This document shows positions 8,647-15,546 of a stretch of 32,000 bases of DNA, piece after piece (within the stretch, counting starts at the first letter, position 1; every line of letters starts with the position of its first letter). The stretch is from positions 450,001 through 482,000 of the forward strand of contig NZ_CP019964.1 of the NCBI RefSeq assembly GCF_002214165.1, given 5' to 3'. A program made the position numbers and the translations under genes. The notes below the pieces were generated by a model, which had not been told where the DNA came from, made no database searches, and saw only the letters and a program-made list of their open reading frames with translations. The DNA comes from Candidatus Saccharimonadota bacterium. GTDB taxonomy: Archaea; Micrarchaeota; Micrarchaeia; Micrarchaeales; Micrarchaeaceae.

Positions 8647-9591
8647 TTACCTGCATGAAAGTTCTTTGCCAGAATTTTTGCCTGCAATCTCTATTATCTT
8701 TACCGCCTCATTATAATTGTACTCCTCGTCCCCTTCACTGCTGACGGGGGTTTCCATAACGAAGCAGCCCTTTTGGAACAATGGGTTTTCGAACAGGTTT
8801 ACAAACCCCTTCTCCCCGATCTTGCCTTTCCCCAAGTGCCAGTGCCTATCCAATCCGCTTCCGAGATCGTATTTGGCATCGTTGAGGTGCACCAGCTTAA
8901 GCCGTCTCTTGCCAAAATCCCCTATCTCATCGGCAAGCCTGCTTACCCCTTTTTCGGAACGAAGGTCATATCCAGCCGCAAACGCGTGGCAGGTGTCAAG
9001 GCAAAGGCCTATGTTCCTGTCATTTACGTTGTCTGATATATCCGCTATCTCCGGCATGCTGCTGCCCATTCCGTTCCTGTATCCTGCAGTGTTCTCAAAA
9101 AGGATCATTGCGTTATGTTTCTCAAGCCCCTCATTCAAAGAATCGGATATCCTTTTCCTGCCTTCCTTGAATCCGCTGCCCATATGCGACCCAAGGTGCA
9201 CGACAAGGTAGCGTACGCCTAGAACATCACATCTTTCGAGGTTATCGTTAAGCATCCCAATGCTTTTTGAGCGCTGCTCTCTTGATTTGGAGGCAAGGTT
9301 GAAAAGATATGGGAGATGGGCAAATGCCATGAGGTCGAATTTCTTCGTATACTCCTTGAAAAGTGATATGTCCTCATCTTTTATGGGCGAGTGCTTCCAC
9401 GTCCTCGGGCTGCTTGGAAAGAACTGGAAATCCCCGTATCCCATCTTCCCCGCACTTAAAGGTGCATTTGAAACCGATCCCGCAACTGACATATGGAATC
9501 CGAGCCTTATGTCTACATCTTTCCCTTTGCCGCTCTTTTTTCTTGATAAATTAGAATATTTTGATTGCTTGACCTGATTTATCCCTGCCAT
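8647..9591 (-). CDS. nfo: deoxyribonuclease IV (endonuclease IV, AP endonuclease family 2)
   Basis: 'LVVHLGSH', 'ILFENTAG', 'GLCLDTCHAFAAGYD' and 'VHLNDAKYDLGSGLDRHWHLGKGKIG' are present. There is a short basic N-terminal extension. Confidence 0.9.
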   Translation of the reverse strand: MAGINQVKQSKYSNLSRKKSGKGKDVDIRLGFHMSVAGSVSNAPLSAGKMGYGDFQFFPSSPRTWKHSPIKDEDISLFKEYTKKFDLMAFAHLPYLFNLASKSREQRSKSIGMLNDNLERCDVLGVRYLVVHLGSHMGSGFKEGRKRISDSLNEGLEKHNAMILFENTAGYRNGMGSSMPEIADISDNVNDRNIGLCLDTCHAFAAGYDLRSEKGVSRLADEIGDFGKRRLKLVHLNDAKYDLGSGLDRHWHLGKGKIGEKGFVNLFENPLFQKGCFVMETPVSSEGDEEYNYNEAVKIIEIAGKNSGKELSCR

Positions 9592-9827
9592 AGTCGCACA
9601 ATTAGGCTTTCATTAATAAAAACTTTTCAACACCTGCTGTTTATTGAAAGTAATCGAAGCTGGAAGGTTCCCAAAAGGCCTGACCAATTGGTTGGATAAG
9701 CTTAAAAACCCTGCCTATTTTTAGTGTAACTACTATTATTATGGCAATTAAGGTTCTGTTTAAAATACTTTCTTGCTAAATCATTACTTGACTTTTATTT
9801 TTAACAAATTACTGGGAGGGTGTTTCA

Positions 9828-10157
9828 TTGAATTACAAGAAAAGAGGCTTTAGCCTTTATGAGATTGAGGAATATTTGAAGGGCGCAGGAGCTGAAAAAA
9901 TAAATGAGGATGCTGTTTTTACCTTTGAGAAAGAGATTGAAAAGATGACCGATGAACTGATGGGCTTCGCAAGCATGTTTGCAAACTATGCAGGCCGGAA
10001 AAGCCTTATAAAGGGATCTGACATCGCATTTGCTATAGGAAACATAAACTCCAAAAGCATAATATACCTGCCGGAAACAAGCCATAAGATAAGAAAGGTC
10101 CACAAAAGGAAATTGGCAAAGCACAGGATAAGCAAAGTCAAGATTCAAATCAAATAA
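9828..10157 (+). CDS. archaeal histone-fold protein with a basic C-terminal tail
   Basis: Residues about 8-73 align without gaps to HMfB-type histones: 'IEEYLKGAGAEKINEDAVFTFEKEIEKMTDELMGFASMFANYAGRKSLIKGSDIAFAI' against '...IIKDAGAERVSDDA...LARHAGRKTIKAEDIELAV'. The start is TTG with GGGAGGG 8 nt upstream. A 29-aa K/R/H-rich tail follows. Confidence 0.75.
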   Translation: MNYKKRGFSLYEIEEYLKGAGAEKINEDAVFTFEKEIEKMTDELMGFASMFANYAGRKSLIKGSDIAFAIGNINSKSIIYLPETSHKIRKVHKRKLAKHRISKVKIQIK

Positions 10158-11211
10158 CTTTTAATGTTGCCAATTTTATCGCTAATCCTAGGACTATGAA
10201 CAACGCCTCAACAACCCACATGTAAAGGGATACCTCCCATTCCCTGCATTTCTTTAAGTTCATTATTATATGCGTCCAGCTGTAGATCTTCCTTCCGTAA
10301 GGCGCCTTCATCGTCCCGTCCTTCTGCATTATGCCTAGATCTGTAACCTTGAATTTCCTGCGGAGGTGCAGGAAGAACTCTATTATCCATGGCATGAATA
10401 TGATTATTCCAAAACCCTCCATCCCTCCTACTATCATGTCACTTACAAGAGCGGCGCCCACAAGATAAGTAAAGCTGTCTCCAGGTATTATCTTTGCAGG
10501 ATATACGTTGAATATGAACATCGCCACCAATGATGCGAACAGCACCGAAGAGATAAGCAATCCTGTGTAGTTTCCGAATAGCAGAGAGTAAAGGAGAAGC
10601 CCAAACGCGGCTATCATGCCCGTGCCTGTCGCTATTCCGTCAAACCCTCCGAGCAGGTTGAACGCGTTTGCGGCGAATATTATGGCAAGAGGTATTATCA
10701 CAATAGGGTAAAACAATCCAAAGTTGATTACTCCTATCAATGGTATTGCAACGGTCTTGACTCCTGCATTTATGGCCACCAAAGGTATGGCCCCTATAAG
10801 GGTGAGCACTGGCTTCTGCCACTGCTTCAGCCCTTGCCTTGTATCCATCATGTCCGTTGACTTTACCGCTTTCCTCTTTACGTTTATGTCATCAAGGAAT
10901 CCGACCGTTGATATAAGTATTATAGAAAGCATCACTGAGAAAAGTACTGCAAGGCTTGCAACCGGCTGGTAGAAGGGGCTTGTAGGCGATGGAAAATTAG
11001 ACCCGAATATGTAAGTGAACAGGCCAACGCTGAATCCCAATGCAACAGCGATGCCGCCGCTTCCCGCAAGTGTTGGATTTCCCTTTTTATTGTGGTCAGT
11101 TGCAGTAACCCCTGATTCCTTCATATATGACATAAGGAACAAGGTCATTACCACTGTTATTATGAACGCGGCTATCGAAGGTATTATTATCGTCAGGTAA
11201 GTATGGAACAT
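10150..11211 (-). CDS. aglH: GT4 polyprenyl/dolichyl-phosphate N-acetylhexosamine-1-phosphate transferase (MraY/WecA/AglH family)
   Basis: The protein has about 10 TM segments. Motifs are 'VGFLDDINV', 'NAFNLLGGFDGIATG' and 'PGDSFTYLVGA'. It overlaps the convergent histone-fold gene by 8 nt. Confidence 0.8.
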   Translation of the reverse strand: MFHTYLTIIIPSIAAFIITVVMTLFLMSYMKESGVTATDHNKKGNPTLAGSGGIAVALGFSVGLFTYIFGSNFPSPTSPFYQPVASLAVLFSVMLSIILISTVGFLDDINVKRKAVKSTDMMDTRQGLKQWQKPVLTLIGAIPLVAINAGVKTVAIPLIGVINFGLFYPIVIIPLAIIFAANAFNLLGGFDGIATGTGMIAAFGLLLYSLLFGNYTGLLISSVLFASLVAMFIFNVYPAKIIPGDSFTYLVGAALVSDMIVGGMEGFGIIIFMPWIIEFFLHLRRKFKVTDLGIMQKDGTMKAPYGRKIYSWTHIIMNLKKCREWEVSLYMWVVEALFIVLGLAIKLATLKVI

Positions 11212-11309
11212 TTATGCACCTAATTAAATCAATTAATTTACAATAAATTGTGAAATAACTAATAAATAGTATTCCAATATTAATATAATCCGTAAAATCT
11301 TCATGTTTT

Positions 11310-11383
11310 GCCCTTGTAGTATAACTTGGATAGAACGCGGGCTTGCGGAGCCTGTGATCCGGGTTCAAATCCCGGCAAGGGCG
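11310..11383 (+). tRNA. tRNA-Arg (anticodon GCG), 74 nt, no encoded CCA
   Basis: Hand fold: acceptor GCCCTTG/CAAGGGC, anticodon stem CGGGC/GCCTG with loop TTGCGGA, T arm CCGGG-TTCAAAT-CCCGG, discriminator G. The D stem GTAT/GAAC has one mismatch. A TATA-like 'ttaatataat' lies about 25 nt upstream. Confidence 0.85.
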
Positions 11384-11400
11384 TTTAACCCATAGTAAAG

Positions 11401-11420
11401 AAACCTTTATAAAAGGGTTT
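11401..11420 (+). terminator. 8-bp hairpin in the tRNA 3' trailer
   Basis: AAACCTTT-ATAA-AAGGGTTT. One pair is U.G on the plus strand and would be C.A on the minus strand, which favours a plus-strand RNA structure. Confidence 0.3.
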
Positions 11421-11549
11421 ACAAATTAGAACCAAAATATGTTGCCCTAAAAAAGGATCTGCTGCTTTACGAATTTATATAGGACTTTAGAGGAGGCTAC
11501 AACAAACGCTATCCTTAAGCTATGCCAGGTCAAAAGTTATAAATACCTT

Positions 11550-11573
11550 TTAGTTATATTATATTATAACTAA
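11550..11573. promoter_or_regulatory. 9-bp inverted repeat between the TATA box and the start of the AbiEii-like gene (operator-like)
   Basis: TTAGTTATA (11550-11558), spacer TTATAT, TATAACTAA (11565-11573). The TATA-like 'aaagttataaatacc' lies at 11533-11547. The ORF starts at GTG 11574 or ATG 11583. Confidence 0.4.
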
Positions 11574-12230
11574 GTGGTGTTTATGGATTTGCCAATCCTG
11601 AATATATTGAAAAGGAGAAGCGAGTTAGAAACGGCACGACTCGAAGACGAGGTAATGAGCTTATTGACAGGCATTACCGACAAAATGGCCTTACATGGGG
11701 GTACTGCAGTATGGAGATGCTACAATGGCAAGAGGTTCTCTACAGACATTGATGTATATATATGGGCAGAAGATTTTAAGGACAAATTCATCCATGCTGC
11801 CTCAGGAATAGGCATAGATGTAACTAAATTCAGAGAAAAAGGGGTCACATTCATAAATGTAAGAAAGGATAATTCAGAAATAAAAATAGAACCAAGAAAT
11901 GTAGAAAAATCTGCTTTATTGATGCCATACGAACGCGTGGATGGCTCAAAGATAAACATATTGGTATTATCTCCTGAGGATTTGATTCTTGAGAAAATAG
12001 ACGCGTACAATGATAGACGTGCATATAAAGATCTCTATGATATAACAGTACTACTAAATAGTGTAAAGCAGCGAAACGAGATTGATAGGGCATTGCAAGA
12101 ATTTATAAAAAATATTCAAACTCCGAATGAAAATGTACAGAGTTACTCGGAATTCAAAGCGGTAATTTATGCTGGCGTAGTGCCGACATATCAAAAAATG
12201 GTAGAGTTCATAAAAAGGTGGCTTATGTGA
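11574..12230 (+). CDS. nucleotidyltransferase AbiEii/AbiGii (DUF1814) toxin-family protein
   Basis: 'LHGGTAVWRCYNGKRFSTDIDVYI' gives the hG[GS] and DxD elements. The C-terminal 'ILEKIDAYNDRRAYKDLYDITVL' gives the family K..A...R...RD.YD signature. At 218 aa it is shorter than typical members. Confidence 0.8.
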   Translation: MVFMDLPILNILKRRSELETARLEDEVMSLLTGITDKMALHGGTAVWRCYNGKRFSTDIDVYIWAEDFKDKFIHAASGIGIDVTKFREKGVTFINVRKDNSEIKIEPRNVEKSALLMPYERVDGSKINILVLSPEDLILEKIDAYNDRRAYKDLYDITVLLNSVKQRNEIDRALQEFIKNIQTPNENVQSYSEFKAVIYAGVVPTYQKMVEFIKRWLM

Positions 12231-12814
12231 GATACGTAAAACCATTTTTAGAGTATTTCAAGAGCTTTCCTACATTTACCGTAAATGATGTTAAGCTGTT
12301 CTTGCACAAAAACGGCGCCGGAGGCAATTACTACAAGATCTTTATGCACAATATGGTAAAAAGCGGGAATGTATTCTCTGTTAGTAGAGGGCGCTATACC
12401 CTTCATGATGACCCAGTCATAGCTGGATTCGCTTTCTCGCCATTCTATTATGGTATGGAAATGGCACTTACTTATTATAAGCTATGGGATTACATGACTC
12501 CGATTAGTATAGTGACCACTAAGAGGATAAGAAATGGGCAAATAGAGATTCTTGGAAGAAATGCAAGTTTAAGAAGAATACAAAAAGACAAATTTTTCGG
12601 ATATTCTATGGTTTATTACAAGGATAATCTTTACATACCTATGGCGGATATTGAAAAGACTTTTATAGACTCGGTGTACTTTCATTCGCGTTTCAATAAA
12701 GAAGTTTATGCCGCAATGGCAAGAAAAATTGACAAAAAGAAATTAACACGTTACCTTAAACTTTATAATAATAGTATTGAAAAGCAGGTGGAAGGTCTGC
12801 TGAAAGCAACATGA
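12218..12814 (+). CDS. AbiEi-like antitoxin / wHTH transcriptional regulator
   Basis: The N-terminal wHTH ends in 'VSRGRYTLHDD'. The C-terminal domain reads 'ISIVTTKRIRNGQIEILG...LYIPMADIEKTFIDSVYF'. The likely start is GTG 12227, forming a GTGA overlap with the upstream stop and preceded by AAGGTGG; the track ORF begins at GTG 12218. Confidence 0.7.
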   Translation: MAYVRYVKPFLEYFKSFPTFTVNDVKLFLHKNGAGGNYYKIFMHNMVKSGNVFSVSRGRYTLHDDPVIAGFAFSPFYYGMEMALTYYKLWDYMTPISIVTTKRIRNGQIEILGRNASLRRIQKDKFFGYSMVYYKDNLYIPMADIEKTFIDSVYFHSRFNKEVYAAMARKIDKKKLTRYLKLYNNSIEKQVEGLLKAT

Positions 12815-12860
12815 TAATAATCTTATTTTGTATCATTTTAGAAAATTAAGGAAATAGAAA

Positions 12861-12898
12861 GTATGCATTTTGTTTGGTCTAAGAAACAAAATGCATAC
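12861..12898. terminator. perfect 15-bp stem hairpin (bidirectional terminator candidate)
   Basis: GTATGCATTTTGTTT (12861-12875), loop GGTCTAAG, AAACAAAATGCATAC (12884-12898). It lies between the AbiEi-like 3' end and the 3' end of the minus-strand ncRNA candidate. Confidence 0.5.
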
Positions 12899-12953
12899 AT
12901 ACCTGTTTATTTGGAATTCATAGGCATTCTCAAATGCCATTGCCAAAAGGACT

Positions 12954-13134
12954 AAAAATAAGCGACGTGAGCTCTTATGCCATCTTCCCACATCTAAAGG
13001 TTGTGGGCTTCCCAAGCAATCTGAGGAAGCCAAAGTGAAACGCAATGGACGCCATTACGCTCCGATGGAAAAGGAGCTTTATATTTATGCAGTGACTTAT
13101 ATCCCGCCGCTGAAGCGTGTGGGTTTTACACCAC
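12954..13134 (-). ncRNA. candidate structured ncRNA of unknown class (about 180 nt)
   Basis: TATAAATA on the minus strand (13155->13148) lies about 20-27 nt upstream of the proposed 5' end. The 3' end is 'CGCUUAUUUUUAG' (T5 at 12958-12954). A 7-bp closing helix (13105-13111 with 12961-12967) encloses four consecutive hairpins at 13059-13077, 13040-13060, 13006-13031 and 12987-13007. Three G.U pairs exist only in the minus-strand reading. GC is about 50% by hand count over 12961-13080, against AT-rich flanks. Confidence 0.35.
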
Positions 13135-13254
13135 TTTTGATAAAAGGTATTTATACAAGCGTGCAAAAACTTTCTTTGTGATTGGAGGCAGTGTTGTGAA
13201 AAAAGACAAAGAACTTAATGATATTTTATCATTCTTTATTGGTTTGATGATTCA

Positions 13255-14298
13255 ATGCGGATTATAAATCCTAAAAGGCTTATGGAAGGAGATACCGTAG
13301 CTATAGTTTCGCCTTCTTCTGGAACTGCTGTGGAGTTCCCTCATATATATGAGAACGGGCTTGATAATATAAGAAAATACCTCAAATTGAATGTGAAGGA
13401 GTACGGCACTGCTAGAAAGAGCAGCGAGTATCTTTACAAGCATCCACACGAGCGCGCGGAAGATATAAACAACGCTTTCGATGACAAAGAGGTAAACGCG
13501 ATATTCACAAGCATAGGCGGAGACGACTCCATAAGGATACTGGATTACCTTGATATGAAGGTTATAAGGAAGAACCCTAAGATATTCATGGGGTTTTCCG
13601 ATTCAACCACATTGTCGGATTACATATATTACAAAACAGGGCTTGTCACGTATTATGGTCCTTCGGTTATGGCAGGGTTCTCGCAGATGGACAAATTCCC
13701 AAAATCCTTTTTGGATATGTTTGGAAACATAATGTTCGAACCTATTGAAAATTACGAGTACCATAGCTTTCCTTTCCGGTCTGATGGCTATCCGGAATGG
13801 TCCAAAAAAGAGAATGTTGGAAAGATAAACAATAGGCATAGGAATGATGGCTGGCATTGGCTGCAGGGCAAAGGCTCCGCAAAAGGAGTTCTGTTTGGGG
13901 GATGCGCCGATGTTCTTGAGTTCATGAAAGGCACGCATTTCTGGCCAAAGGGGGATTTCTGGAATGACAAGATACTTTTCCTTGAGACATCGGAAGACAA
14001 GCCTTCCGCGGATACTGTCAAGAATTGGATTAGAAATTATGGAAGCCAAGGCATAATTGACAGGATAGCCGCATTGCTAATTGCCATTCCTTTTGGATAT
14101 TCTACGAAAGAGAAAGAGGAGTTGGAAAGCGATGTGCATTCGGTACTGGACGTGGAGTTTGGCAGGGGCGACATGCCTCTTGTAACCAATATGGATTTTG
14201 GGCATACCGATCCCAAATTCCTGCTTCCAATAGGCACAATGGCAGAGGTAGATCCATCAAGAAAAAGGTTCAGGCTCCTGGAAAAGTCCGTATTATAA
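13255..14298 (+). CDS. S66 family serine peptidase (LD-carboxypeptidase / MccF-like)
   Basis: 'GDTVAIVSPSSG', 'VNAIFTSIGGDDSIRILDYLD', 'FMGFSDSTTL' (nucleophile Ser) and 'NMDFGHTDP' (catalytic His) are present. Confidence 0.85.
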   Translation: MRIINPKRLMEGDTVAIVSPSSGTAVEFPHIYENGLDNIRKYLKLNVKEYGTARKSSEYLYKHPHERAEDINNAFDDKEVNAIFTSIGGDDSIRILDYLDMKVIRKNPKIFMGFSDSTTLSDYIYYKTGLVTYYGPSVMAGFSQMDKFPKSFLDMFGNIMFEPIENYEYHSFPFRSDGYPEWSKKENVGKINNRHRNDGWHWLQGKGSAKGVLFGGCADVLEFMKGTHFWPKGDFWNDKILFLETSEDKPSADTVKNWIRNYGSQGIIDRIAALLIAIPFGYSTKEKEELESDVHSVLDVEFGRGDMPLVTNMDFGHTDPKFLLPIGTMAEVDPSRKRFRLLEKSVL

Positions 14299-14383
14299 CT
14301 TGCAGTTGGTAGATGCTTGCGATGCAGACCTCTTTTAGCGCCCGAAAGAGATTTTCAGGCCCTTCAGACATTATAGCATCGGC

Positions 14384-15472
14384 TTACTCCCTTAGCATCT
14401 TTCTTTCTCTCTCCTTCCTTTCGATTGCAAGGTTCAATATGTCCTTTATCATCTTTTCTCCGCTTACCGTGCCCGCTATGTAATACAGCACCGGGAATTT
14501 ATCCCCTGTTCCCTCATGCACAAGCACAAAACGTGGATAGTAGGCGTCTGCCGCGAGCTTCTCCAGTTCTATTGAAACATCCGATCCATTGCCAGGAAGG
14601 TACAGTTCGGCGCCTATCCCTCCGCTTAAACTTCCTCCGGTTATGAAGTTTACAACGGATTTTATTTTATCCTTCCTGTCATTTATAGGCTTTTCATTTC
14701 TTGCTTTCAATTCTTTATAGAATTCGGTTGCAAGCGCTTTGAGGAAATCCTCTATCTTTCCCCTGCCCTCAAATCTGTCTATCACAGCATCCAGAACCGG
14801 AGAGTTTAATGACCTATTTTCATGTATGCTTATGAACATTGGATTTGTCTTTGCCGCAAGGTCAACCAGGTTTCCGTATGCCTCAAACCTTGGCACGGTG
14901 AGCTCCATCTTAAATCCATGCGTATGCATCCTGAAAAGGCGGTTTATGATCAGCCCGTATTTCTCGGAATCGGAAAGCTCGGCGTATCTCTTGCCAAAAG
15001 CAATCTTTGATAAGATATCCCTGTTGATGTCCTTCGCCTCCTCAATTATTCCCTTTGCAGCATTGCCATAGAATATTTGGTTATTTTCAAGCGTAAGCTG
15101 CGCCTCGTTTAAGCGGTCCTCTTTTAGGATGACGATAGGGGCATTTTCAATAGATGAGACCAATGCCTCCAAGCTCCTGTTCAAGCTTACGCCTTTGCTG
15201 CTTGGAAGCTCCAATTTAGATATTGGGCGGTTGACCGGATCCATTAGGCGCATTCCTAAAAGCTTTTTTACGGATTTTTTGGAGGGGCCTTCTGTTATAT
15301 TCATTGAGCCATCATGCTTGTACTTGCCAATTTCGTTTTTATCCAGACTGTCCTTTTCCTCCATGAAGAACTTTGAGAACTTTGAGTCGAATTCCTCTCC
15401 GGTCATGCTGCTTAATCTCTCCGCACCAAAATTTTTATCCTTGGTCTTATCCATATCCACACCCAATAACAT
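14384..15472 (-). CDS. hypothetical protein (362 aa), no family recognised
   Basis: Long ORF with protein-like composition, on the same strand as and 74 nt downstream of the 301-aa orphan. Features noted are 'RLFRMHTHGF' and the Gly-rich 'ITGGSLSGGIGAELYLPGNGS'. An alternative start is M7 at 15454. Confidence 0.6.
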   Translation of the reverse strand: MLLGVDMDKTKDKNFGAERLSSMTGEEFDSKFSKFFMEEKDSLDKNEIGKYKHDGSMNITEGPSKKSVKKLLGMRLMDPVNRPISKLELPSSKGVSLNRSLEALVSSIENAPIVILKEDRLNEAQLTLENNQIFYGNAAKGIIEEAKDINRDILSKIAFGKRYAELSDSEKYGLIINRLFRMHTHGFKMELTVPRFEAYGNLVDLAAKTNPMFISIHENRSLNSPVLDAVIDRFEGRGKIEDFLKALATEFYKELKARNEKPINDRKDKIKSVVNFITGGSLSGGIGAELYLPGNGSDVSIELEKLAADAYYPRFVLVHEGTGDKFPVLYYIAGTVSGEKMIKDILNLAIERKERERKMLRE

Positions 15473-15546
15473 TAATACTAATCATTGCTGTAATAGAAAT
15501 TTAAGGCTTTGCAGGCTGTTTTTAGTTATTGCGATTCCTATGGTCG

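Noticed and set aside
9825-10148. A 107-aa minus-strand ORF opposite the histone-fold gene.
   Set aside because: The plus-strand frame aligns residue for residue with archaeal histones. The antisense translation is Cys/Phe-rich with no motif.
12929-12955. A possible attR-like copy of the tRNA-Arg 3' end (TTCTCAAATGCCATTGCCAAAAGG versus GGTTCAAATCCCGGCAAGGGCG). There is also a weak TTGCC..AAAAGGA similarity to 11441-11460.
   Set aside because: Only short, gapped matches are present, with CAAAT plus scattered bases. This is not distinguishable from chance in AT-rich DNA, and no integrase is nearby.
12954-13134. Assigning the structured RNA candidate to SRP RNA, RNase P RNA, a split or intron-containing tRNA, or a C/D or H/ACA sRNA.
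   Set aside because: I could not find the SRP helix-8 GGAA/AGCA motifs or the RNase P GAGGAAAGUCC / ACAGAAA blocks. A T-loop GTTCRAATC is also absent. There are no correctly spaced C/D boxes (RUGAUGA...CUGA) and no ACA-terminated pocket hairpin. The 'CTGAGGAAGCCAAAG' resemblance to P4 or helix-8 sequences is too weak. The class is left open.
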